Origin: Candidatus Bathyarchaeia archaeon
GTDB taxonomy: Archaea; Thermoproteota; Bathyarchaeia; 40CM-2-53-6
Assembly (NCBI GenBank): GCA_049513715.1
Contig: JBEKVV010000002.1
Span: forward strand, 160,001-224,000
DNA length: 64,000 bases
Direction of reading: 5' to 3'
The notes beneath the pieces are model-generated. The model ran no database searches. It saw nothing but the letters and a program-made list of their open reading frames with translations, and was not told where the DNA came from. Position numbers and translations under genes: made by a program. Shown here in pieces: positions 9,900-18,496 of the stretch; position 1 is the stretch's first letter; the number at the start of each line of letters is the position of its first letter.

Positions 9900-10706
9900 T
9901 TGGTTAAAGTGGAGTCCACAGCTGAGCGGAAGCTACGTAGAAAGGTAGTTCACTACGAAGTCAAACGATTGATGAGGGAAAAACGCAGCGAGGAAATGGA
10001 ATCCCTTGAGGAAGTCTTCGACCGGTCAACCTTGATGATTGTCTACCGTCTCCTAAACCGTGGCTACATCAAGAACATCAATGGAGTCGTGCGGTCGGGG
10101 AAAGAGGCTAGGATATACTGGGGAATGGGCCGTCGACACAAACTAGTAGCGATAAAGATTTTCTTAACTACGTCCCACCAGTTCAAGAAGGGCAGAATGA
10201 TGTACATTCAGGGAGACCAAAGGTTCAGGAGCACAAGGAAGGATACGCGGTCCCTTGTGAACCTCTGGGCATTGAAAGAATTCAGGAATCTTCAACAGGC
10301 TCAGTATGCGAAGGTTAACGTGCCGGTTCCCCTGAAGGTCGAAGGAAACGTTCTGTTGATGGGGTTCATTGGTAGAAATGGAGTTCCCGCCCCGCTCTTG
10401 AGGGAATCCCCACTGGACCATCCGGGTAGGGTTTATGACAAGATTGCCGAATCTATCAAGAAACTCTATCAGAAGGCACACCTAGTCCACGGTGACCTAA
10501 GTGAGTACAACATCATGATGGTTGATTCGGACCCACTCTTCTTCGACTTCGCGCAAGCTGTTCCCCCAGAGCATCCCATGGCACGGCAGTTCCTCGAAAG
10601 AGACCTCATCCGAATGAACGAGTATTTCACGAAAATTGGTGTGACGGTTGTTCCGATGGAGAGACTGGTTCCTTGGGTGACTGGTGAAGATGGAAACGAA
10701 AGTTAG
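9900..10706 (+). CDS. rio1: RIO1 serine kinase
   Basis: EEVFD, SGKEA, AIKIF, LVHGDLSEYNI, DFAQAV. Confidence 0.93.
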   Translation: MVKVESTAERKLRRKVVHYEVKRLMREKRSEEMESLEEVFDRSTLMIVYRLLNRGYIKNINGVVRSGKEARIYWGMGRRHKLVAIKIFLTTSHQFKKGRMMYIQGDQRFRSTRKDTRSLVNLWALKEFRNLQQAQYAKVNVPVPLKVEGNVLLMGFIGRNGVPAPLLRESPLDHPGRVYDKIAESIKKLYQKAHLVHGDLSEYNIMMVDSDPLFFDFAQAVPPEHPMARQFLERDLIRMNEYFTKIGVTVVPMERLVPWVTGEDGNES

Positions 10707-11262
10707 CGCCATGATCCCCCTTGAACGACTAGGGGTACTGATCGGAAAGGAAGGTTCAACGAAAAGCAAAATCGAGCACGCCTTCAACTCACATCTCCAA
10801 GTCCAGAGCGAGAGCGGCGTCGTAGACATAGTCCCGAAAGAGAATTCCGAAGACCCAACCACAGTCCTACGAGCAAGAGACGTGGTGCTCGCAATCGCAC
10901 GCGGTTTCTCACCTGAACGAGCGTTGAAACTCGTGGACGACGACATCGTTCTGGACATCATCGACCTTCGGGAAACGTTTGGGAGAAACGAACGCGACAT
11001 CGCTCGCCTGAAGGGTCGAGTGATTGGGCGCGAAGGAAAGATTCGCAGGTTAATAGAAGAGATGACTAGTGCGCGGGTCTCGGTTTATGGCCACACGATC
11101 TCAATGATCGGCGTCTATGAGGACGTCACTGCCGCGAGGGAAGCAATAGAAATGTTGCTCAAGGGCAAACAACATTCCACCGTGTACAAACTCCTTAGAA
11201 AGATAAAAAGCGAAAGCAAAAAGCGAGAAACCCTTGAACTCTGGCAGAAACCACCAACATGA
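10690..11262 (+). CDS. KH-domain pre-rRNA processing protein (Dim2/Pno1-like)
   Basis: RLGVLIGKEG, AIARGFSPERA, RLKGRVIGREGK, GKQHSTVY; follows rio1. Confidence 0.92.
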   Translation: METKVSAMIPLERLGVLIGKEGSTKSKIEHAFNSHLQVQSESGVVDIVPKENSEDPTTVLRARDVVLAIARGFSPERALKLVDDDIVLDIIDLRETFGRNERDIARLKGRVIGREGKIRRLIEEMTSARVSVYGHTISMIGVYEDVTAAREAIEMLLKGKQHSTVYKLLRKIKSESKKRETLELWQKPPT

Positions 11263-11319
11263 CAGTCAGCAACCACCATCAGCTTTATTCCAGATGCCCG
11301 AGAATGTAGGCGAACCCTG

Positions 11320-12870
11320 ATGTCCCTTCAAGAAGTATTCCAAGAAATATCCGCGGCAGACTTCTTCTACCGAAACAGGGACATTGCCGGATTCACAAAC
11401 CCATCCAGAGCGATTTACTCCACCATTCGTGAACTCGTTGAGAATTCTTTAGACGCCTGCGAACTTCGACAGATACCCCCGGACATCTACCTGCGCGTCG
11501 CCCATGAAGCTGGTCCAACGGACGGCCCGGGAACTTACAGAATTCACATCGAGGACAATGGGATAGGAATCCCACACGATATCATACCCTCAGCATTCGG
11601 CCAAGTCCTTTTCGGCTCGAAGTACAAACTCCGTCAGACCCGAGGGACATTCGGCTTGGGCGGAAAGATGGCCATCCTCTATGGTCAGATTACAACTCAT
11701 GGAATTGCAACAATAATGTCCAGCACAGGGCACACAAAGATCCACCAATACGACTTGACAATCGACATTCAGAAGAACAAACCCGACATAATCAGACACA
11801 AAACACACCCGAACGAAAACCGCTGGCACGGAACTGTCATTGAATTCTCCACTGAGGCCGATTACACGCGGGCGATGTCCAAGATTCTCGATTACTTGAT
11901 GGAAACCGCGATCGTGGCTCCTTATGCAACAATAACCTACGTTGACCCCAGGGGTAGGTTGTACAGGTTCGAGCGGGCCACGACCCAAATGCCGAAACCA
12001 CCGCATGAAACCCTGCCCCACCCGTATGGGGTAGATGTTGAAACAATGAAACGGCTCATCGACCTAACGCAAGAGCGCACCATGGTCGGGTTCATGAAAA
12101 CACACTTTCACCGGGTTGGAAGAACGATTGCCACCGCTTTCCTGCAACAGGTCGAAGTTGCCGGCAAGAAGAACCCGAAGAAGCTAGAACCGGAAGAAAT
12201 CGTCCGCATCGTAAACGCGATGAAAAGCTACAAGTTTCTGGCTCCAGACGCGAGCTGTCTATCACCGCTCGGTGAGGAATTGCTTGAGGCTGGGATAAAG
12301 AAAGAACTCTCACCGGAATTCGTGGCTGTTTATCAAAGGAAACCATCTGCCTACGCGGGTTTTCCGTTCATTGTGGAGGTGGGAGTAGCCTACGGAGGAC
12401 AAATCCAGGCCGGAACAGGCATTAAGCTCTATAGGTTCGCGAACAAAATCCCGCTTCTCTTTGATGAGGCAAGTGATGTCTCATGGAAGGTTGTCAGCAC
12501 TGAGATTGACTGGCGGCATTACAAGGCCAGCGCCGACATGCCAATCGCGGTCTTCGTTCACATTTGCTCTACGAAGGTTCCCTACAAGACTGTGGGGAAG
12601 GAGTTCATAGCCGACAGGCCAGACGTTGAGCGAGAGGTCCTTAACGCCGTTCGCGAGGTCGCGCGCCGCCTCTCACTTTTCCTATCCAAGAAAATTCACT
12701 TGGCGCACGACAAGCATAGGCTTGATGTTTTCCAGAAATACCTCCCGAAAATAGCCGAATTCTCCGCCAAACTCTCCAAGAAGGGTAAGCCGCCTGATGT
12801 GTCACCGTTACTGAGGAGTGTGTTAAGGTATGAAAAAGAAGAAGACGAAGACAAGCAAGACACAGAGTAG
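11320..12870 (+). CDS. top6B: DNA topoisomerase VI subunit B
   Basis: ELVENSLDA, EDNGIGI, QTRGTFGLG GHKL motifs; RFANKIPL. Confidence 0.97.
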   Translation: MSLQEVFQEISAADFFYRNRDIAGFTNPSRAIYSTIRELVENSLDACELRQIPPDIYLRVAHEAGPTDGPGTYRIHIEDNGIGIPHDIIPSAFGQVLFGSKYKLRQTRGTFGLGGKMAILYGQITTHGIATIMSSTGHTKIHQYDLTIDIQKNKPDIIRHKTHPNENRWHGTVIEFSTEADYTRAMSKILDYLMETAIVAPYATITYVDPRGRLYRFERATTQMPKPPHETLPHPYGVDVETMKRLIDLTQERTMVGFMKTHFHRVGRTIATAFLQQVEVAGKKNPKKLEPEEIVRIVNAMKSYKFLAPDASCLSPLGEELLEAGIKKELSPEFVAVYQRKPSAYAGFPFIVEVGVAYGGQIQAGTGIKLYRFANKIPLLFDEASDVSWKVVSTEIDWRHYKASADMPIAVFVHICSTKVPYKTVGKEFIADRPDVEREVLNAVREVARRLSLFLSKKIHLAHDKHRLDVFQKYLPKIAEFSAKLSKKGKPPDVSPLLRSVLRYEKEEDEDKQDTE

Positions 12871-13936
12871 AGTCAAGCAAAGACAGCAACTAGTGCTGTC
12901 TAGCCTAAGAAACCTCGGAGAGGAATGGTATTCCCAACTTACCCATAAGCAATGGCCCTGGGTACGTATGCCCAGCCGTTCGATAAACAACATCCGCTAT
13001 GACCAGAAGGTTAGACAGTATGTACTCGGGGAGAACTACGTTCGACGGAGCGCCCGAAACATCAGGCACATACGCCCCTTGACGCAACTGGTCTGGACCG
13101 GGTCATTCGTGGACGAACTAACACAGCAGGGGAAGACTTCCACTCTGCGAGACGTGTTCTACTCAGCGCAGGCATATGACATGAGCTTCGCGGATCAGGC
13201 TGAGAGCGACGACATTATCACGGACTTGGAGACGGTGCTGGGTTATGCCCGAGAGGACTTCAATGTGTACCCGGAAGAGCGCAGTGCAATTTTCGGCGAC
13301 TTAACGATCCAATACACGGTTCGAGGTTATGAAGGGAAAAGGCTCAACCTCGCTTCCCACCCTGATGGCATGATGATTGGCCCCGCATTGACGAACTCGG
13401 AATTCGTGGATTGCAAAGCCGACAAGATCATTGCCATAGAGAAAGGCGGCCTGTTCACGCGTTTCATTGAGGAGGGGGTTCACGAGAAGTACAAGGCCCT
13501 ACTGATTCACACTGCTGGCCAAGCGCCTCGTGCAACTAGGGCGTTGATCAGAAGAATGAGCCAAGAGCTGAAAATACCCGTCTACATATTTTGCGACGCC
13601 GACCCATGGGGCATGCACATCGCAAACGTTATAATTTCCGGCTCAGCCAACGCGGCACACCTGCGAGAACTGAACACGCCCGACGCGAAATGGGCGGGGG
13701 TTTATGCATCGGACATCGTCGACTACAAACTCCCTAGCGACCCGCTGACTGACCTTGACATAAAGAGACTCTATGAGCTCCAGAAGGATCCAAGGTACAA
13801 TTCACAACTCTGGAAGGACGAGATTGACACATTCCTCAAAGTCAAACGCAAATCCGAGCAAGAAGCTTTCAGCCGATACGGTCTCGCATTCATAGTGGAC
13901 AAGTACTTGCCCGCAAGGTTGAAAGAGCTAGGCTGA
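12830..13936 (+). CDS. top6A: DNA topoisomerase VI subunit A
   Basis: STLRDVFY catalytic Tyr, IAIEK, FCDADPWG Toprim, KSEQEA. Confidence 0.97.
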   Translation: MKKKKTKTSKTQSRVKQRQQLVLSSLRNLGEEWYSQLTHKQWPWVRMPSRSINNIRYDQKVRQYVLGENYVRRSARNIRHIRPLTQLVWTGSFVDELTQQGKTSTLRDVFYSAQAYDMSFADQAESDDIITDLETVLGYAREDFNVYPEERSAIFGDLTIQYTVRGYEGKRLNLASHPDGMMIGPALTNSEFVDCKADKIIAIEKGGLFTRFIEEGVHEKYKALLIHTAGQAPRATRALIRRMSQELKIPVYIFCDADPWGMHIANVIISGSANAAHLRELNTPDAKWAGVYASDIVDYKLPSDPLTDLDIKRLYELQKDPRYNSQLWKDEIDTFLKVKRKSEQEAFSRYGLAFIVDKYLPARLKELG

Positions 13937-13957
13937 GACGAAACATCCCTCGTCTGG

Positions 13958-14995
13958 TCAAGGGTTGCCGTCCGGGCCCGTATCAATGAGGCTCCCATCA
14001 TCAGAGACTTTGTAAGGCCTCCAAGTGCTGAGATGCTTCGCGCCAACCATCTTAAGCACTCGTAGCGATCGCTCAGCGCCACTCTGAGTTTCTTCCATCT
14101 TCAGCTCAATCACCCCTTCAGCGACGTCTTGAGCCGACGCGACAACTGCTGGATGGAACGCCTTCCTGTTCATGGTCAGGAGGCTTAGGCACTTCGCTTG
14201 GCGGCTACGGGCGACGAGGACGCGGAGGAATTCAATAGCTGAGTGGCCACCCCTCTTCCGAATTAGAGTGTTGAAAGAGTCGATTACGATCATTGAGATT
14301 GCTCTCTTGCTCATTATGTCGGAGAGGGCGATGTTGATTCCCGTGAGGTTGTCGGGCTCAACTGCTTGCTCTTCCTCGCTTTCAACACCAACCGTCCTCG
14401 AGTAGCAGTCCACGAAGAATAACGATCCCCAACCTGGGGTGTCCTTAGACATATAGAATTGGAAAGATTGGCGAACGTTGGCTGGGAAATTATCTAGAGT
14501 AACGTACGCAATCGACTTCCCCGCTTCCATTTGTTGGGCTACGAAATGCGCCAATAGATGTTCCTCCCCTGCCCCCGGGTCGCTAAGAATCAAGATCGTG
14601 TTCACAGATGGTAATCCGTCTGGAAGCACGTCGTCCAATATCTTAAGTCCAGTTGGCATCTTAGGAATTTGAACAGCCGATGCCTTTGAGGCCTCTGCTT
14701 GGATGCTCTCTGGAAGTTCTCCGAGTGCTAGTTGTTTTGATATGGCGTCTTGGATTTCCTTATCCCTGTCTACCCCGAAAGAAAAGACTTCGACTTTTCT
14801 CAGGATACCGAGTTCTACTAGGTCCTCTAGCTCTCGTTGGGCCTCGGTGGCGTTTCGCCCAATTCTCTTAGCAAGTCCCTCCGAGGTATCGGCCAGGTGC
14901 GCGTTATTATGGAATAGCGTCAACAGATCTGCTTTCACGTCTGAATCCAATAACCGCTCGAAGAGTTTCATTGAGCGCTTCATGTCAGGCAGCAC
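13958..14995 (-). CDS. wHTH fused to a KaiC/RAD55-like ATPase domain with degenerate Walker A
   Basis: N-terminal wHTH (LAKRIGRN...LEDLVELGIL); PTGLKILDDVL, DCYS, VIDS, RSLRVLKM; Walker A reads SDPGAGEE. Confidence 0.8.
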   Translation of the reverse strand: MLPDMKRSMKLFERLLDSDVKADLLTLFHNNAHLADTSEGLAKRIGRNATEAQRELEDLVELGILRKVEVFSFGVDRDKEIQDAISKQLALGELPESIQAEASKASAVQIPKMPTGLKILDDVLPDGLPSVNTILILSDPGAGEEHLLAHFVAQQMEAGKSIAYVTLDNFPANVRQSFQFYMSKDTPGWGSLFFVDCYSRTVGVESEEEQAVEPDNLTGINIALSDIMSKRAISMIVIDSFNTLIRKRGGHSAIEFLRVLVARSRQAKCLSLLTMNRKAFHPAVVASAQDVAEGVIELKMEETQSGAERSLRVLKMVGAKHLSTWRPYKVSDDGSLIDTGPDGNP

Positions 14996-15157
14996 CTAGC
15001 TTAAGATTGACAGGCTATCTATGGGAAGCAAGAGGCTCTTTTCGAGTTACTTTAATCTGATGGGCGACGTGAAGTCGCGGGTACGCGTTTGAGGCCAAAC
15101 AGGCGGCCGCAACGTGCGGTTCTGAATATGTTCTGTTGCACCCGAAGCGGTTCTGGG

Positions 15158-15880
15158 CTAGAAACGGATCTGCCTCAGGGTTCTGTATATTCCGGCGGCT
15201 ATAAATGTAGAAACTGCAACGATTGTAAATCGCTCCGTGGGGTAGAGCCAGAATATTACGCGCCAGACCTGTTGAAATGCATTTGGGTCAATTCCACCGA
15301 CATACCCCGCCGCGATTTCGTACAGCAAGCCACCTGTGAGATGTTGGGCCATTGTGCCCACGAACGCGAGAAGGGCTATCGAAACTAGTTGATACGACTC
15401 AGTTCGCCTCAGCCAAATCGGAATCTTAGATGCAAGAGGGGAAATCAGAATGATGAATGCGAGAATATGCAGCCATGTGTACGGTATCCGGACGTAGGCA
15501 AAGAGTAAGCTGTAAGGGCTCAAAAGAAAGACAGCTAAAAGGATACCAAATATTGCCCGCGCTGTTTGCCGTTTGTTTGATAGAATGGACCCTAGGATTA
15601 TTACGTCGACCGCCCCAGGTAGAAAATCCAGCCCGAAGAATGTCGGCGGTCTGACTCCATAAGCAAGAACCGTTCCAATGATCACGGAGAGGGCGCCGGC
15701 CCATGGCCCTGCGACAAGTGCTATGGCCGGGAGCATGAAGTCGCCCGCTGTGAACCGTGACGGAAAACCAACCATTTCGAATGTTGGGATGCTTCTCAAA
15801 ACGAAGTAGACCGCGGCAAATACTGCGGCCATTGTGATTTGACGTGTTCTCGACTTGGGGGTCAGCATGACATCGGCCAA
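15158..15880 (-). CDS. Integral membrane protein, ECF S-component-like
   Basis: About 7 hydrophobic segments; AVFAAVY, ALVAGPWAGALSVIIG pattern. Confidence 0.6.
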   Translation of the reverse strand: MADVMLTPKSRTRQITMAAVFAAVYFVLRSIPTFEMVGFPSRFTAGDFMLPAIALVAGPWAGALSVIIGTVLAYGVRPPTFFGLDFLPGAVDVIILGSILSNKRQTARAIFGILLAVFLLSPYSLLFAYVRIPYTWLHILAFIILISPLASKIPIWLRRTESYQLVSIALLAFVGTMAQHLTGGLLYEIAAGYVGGIDPNAFQQVWRVIFWLYPTERFTIVAVSTFIAAGIYRTLRQIRF

Positions 15881-15890
15881 CGAGGCGGTC

Positions 15891-16754
15891 TTAATCCAAG
15901 CTTCCTACTGCGTCAGCAAACGCCTCATAACTCTTAGTATTCGCATTGGGCCCTAAAGAAGCAATGAAGTAAGCCGTCCGGGGATCGGTTTTGCCGGCCA
16001 GCTCCGCCCTAAACCTTTGAACAATGATCGGATAAGTCTCCTTGCTTTGAGGTGTTAGTGAACCAGTCCAAGAGTAGATGATTTCATTTTGATCCCTGCC
16101 GATTCGTCTGCATTGGTCGGACAAATAGTTGACCCGTTCCTTAGCCTCTGCTTGATTCAAATTCCAGTAATTCCACCCATCAGCTAACTCAGCGACTACA
16201 TCGAGGATTCTCTGATGTTTTCCTCCGACCCAGACGGGTGGGCCAGGCTTTTGCAGTGGTTTGGGCAGATTGATTGCTCCGGATATCCTGTAGTACTCTC
16301 CCTCGTAGAATACTGGTTCCTGTGTCCACATGGCCTTCAACACCAAAATAGTCTCTCTCAGACGCCCCACTCTTTCCTCGATGCCGTGGAATTTGTAGCC
16401 GTGCGAGGTCAGCTCGACTCGGCTTAGCCTGTCACCGGTGCCGAGACCGACGATTAACCTGCCGTTGCTGATTCTATCCACCGTGCTGGTCATCTTGGCA
16501 AATAGTGCTGGGTTTCGAAGATTCACATTCGTGACAAGGCTGCCCACCTTTATCTCCTCGGTGAGCTCCGCAATAGCTCCTAGAACCGTCCATCCTTCAA
16601 GACATTGTTTTGATTTGATCCAGAACGGAGCTAGGTGATCGTAAACCCAAACGCTGTCGAAACCGAGCTCCTCACAAGCCCTGGCAGTTTCGACTAACTG
16701 GTCGAAGTTGTCGGTTTCTTGCGGGAGTTGACAACCATACTTCAGTCTAGTCAA
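15891..16754 (-). CDS. LLM-class (luciferase-like) flavin/F420-dependent oxidoreductase
   Basis: GFDSVWVYDH, RNPALFAKM, SNGRLIVGLGTG, PKPLQKPGPPVWVGG, ADGWN. Confidence 0.92.
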   Translation of the reverse strand: MTRLKYGCQLPQETDNFDQLVETARACEELGFDSVWVYDHLAPFWIKSKQCLEGWTVLGAIAELTEEIKVGSLVTNVNLRNPALFAKMTSTVDRISNGRLIVGLGTGDRLSRVELTSHGYKFHGIEERVGRLRETILVLKAMWTQEPVFYEGEYYRISGAINLPKPLQKPGPPVWVGGKHQRILDVVAELADGWNYWNLNQAEAKERVNYLSDQCRRIGRDQNEIIYSWTGSLTPQSKETYPIIVQRFRAELAGKTDPRTAYFIASLGPNANTKSYEAFADAVGSLD

Positions 16755-16814
16755 CTAGCATAGCCCTGGAGAGCATTTCGCAACCTGTAGTTCTTGTTGC
16801 TATGGGGTTCTTGC

Positions 16815-18221
16815 CTATCTGCGTAAACCTCGCCTTCTTGGCGCGTAAATGGCGAAGACGCCCTTCCACATTGCATCATAAGCTCTGCTCATCGTTTCAA
16901 TGAAGCGCTTACTGTTTGTCCAGAAGCCCACGTCCGCGCCAACATCGGCGCTATTGTCGTCTGGGAGGCGTTCGTAGAGCATCAATTCACGCTGGTCAGC
17001 TATGGCAATTCCTGCCGGCCCCAAGGCCTCTGAATAACGAAGCTCTGACACCGGAACCAACTTGCGGGCTCCCTCAGTATTCTCACTGGTAATGGGTGCC
17101 AATATGCGAACTTTTGTGCCCCGTGCCTTCGTTTCCTTGAGTTGCTCGAAATGAAAGTCTGCCAGAGCTTGGATGCCCCTCATTGTAGTCCAGATTTCAA
17201 CGCTTTCGTTGGACGAGGCAATCATCTCGTTCAACTTTCTGGAGACCTCGGTCCTACCTTTGAAGATCCTGAGGTCTTCAGACGGTATCCCTTTCCGAAG
17301 AACCTCTATTCGCCCATCGGATGGTGTGCCAGAATTCCACATTTCCTCGAAATATGCTTGGAGGTTTCTTACGAAAGCGTGGCTGTTTATCCACAGGGCA
17401 ACCTCTTCGCCCCCGCGTTGGGCTTCGTCGGTTGTTGTTATTTCGAACAGAGCTTCTTTGTCGTCTATTATTGAGACTCGCGGTATCGGTTTCGTCTTCA
17501 AGTCCAGATGCCTGATTTCGATGCCTTCACGAAGGCGTGCGACAATGTTTAGGTTTGATTGGTTGATTTCGGTGATTACTCGGACGCGTAGGCCACCTTT
17601 GGCGGCTTTGGTTAGCATATCAAGAAGTCCCGACGTGTCTGCACGCACGATTTCCGAGGGCGATAGAACCGTCATTACGGATTTTTGGCCTTGGGCGTAC
17701 ATGCTTTGGAGTCGCTGCTCAATTCGAATTCGGCCTTCAACCACCTGAAAGCGGTCAACTTCCTGCGTGACCCGCTCCACTCGTATGCCCTCGAATAGGT
17801 GGCGCAGGTTTTCGCCGCGCTGTTCGAGTATTCGAAGCCTCGCCTTCCTCTCATCAATTAGAACCTGCAAGCACTTGTCGAACGGCACCGACTGAAACCG
17901 AATCGGTCTTTCCAGAGTCGCTTCCACCAGACCACGACGTTGGAGGTTTCTGATGGTCCGGTAGGTTTCGGTTCTGTTGATCTGAACCGCGCGTGCAACT
18001 TCGCTTGCTTTCGAGGGCCCTGTCTTGGCGAGGAAGACGAGTACGCGTCCCTCGTTTCCTGTCAGGCCGTATTCCTGCAGCTCCGCGACAATGTCGCCTA
18101 CGGTTTCGCCCTGAAGTGAGCTCGTGGATTGCGCCCCTAAATCATTGTCTGGTACGGAGGCGACACGGCCAAATATAAACAGAAACTGGAACAAAGTGAC
18201 GTCAGTAATATCAGAAAGCAA
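16815..18221 (-). CDS. TrmB-family transcriptional regulator with two effector domains (start uncertain)
   Basis: YGLTGNEGRV...ASEVA...RTETYRTIRNLQRRGLV HTH; two PLD-like repeats (IIDDKEA..W..S / IADQRE..FWTNS). Confidence 0.88.
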   Translation of the reverse strand: MLSDITDVTLFQFLFIFGRVASVPDNDLGAQSTSSLQGETVGDIVAELQEYGLTGNEGRVLVFLAKTGPSKASEVARAVQINRTETYRTIRNLQRRGLVEATLERPIRFQSVPFDKCLQVLIDERKARLRILEQRGENLRHLFEGIRVERVTQEVDRFQVVEGRIRIEQRLQSMYAQGQKSVMTVLSPSEIVRADTSGLLDMLTKAAKGGLRVRVITEINQSNLNIVARLREGIEIRHLDLKTKPIPRVSIIDDKEALFEITTTDEAQRGGEEVALWINSHAFVRNLQAYFEEMWNSGTPSDGRIEVLRKGIPSEDLRIFKGRTEVSRKLNEMIASSNESVEIWTTMRGIQALADFHFEQLKETKARGTKVRILAPITSENTEGARKLVPVSELRYSEALGPAGIAIADQRELMLYERLPDDNSADVGADVGFWTNSKRFIETMSRAYDAMWKGVFAIYAPRRRGLRR

Positions 18222-18496
18222 GCCGAGGGCGCGAAACCTGTCGAAACAGGAAGTGTGGGTCTCAGAGATGTGAGCTCAGAGAGTGGCATGCAAGGGGCCA
18301 TGAAGGCTACGGAGTATCTTGCTGTTGAGTTTTTGGCTGCGTGGTGTCCACGGCGTGATAGGCGAATTGGTGGGCTACATGCTCGGCCCAGGTTGAAGGC
18401 TGAACTCGACCGAGCCCTGCAAAACCTGAGAGAACGCCTAAGCAACGGCTCCTCGGTTCAACTCTGATTTCGCGGCAAGTGCTTTGTGGGGCTTTG

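Noticed and set aside
8771..13936. aIF2beta-DUF424-aIF1A-rio1-dim2-top6BA cluster as a novel system
   Set aside because: Well-known conserved archaeal gene neighbourhood
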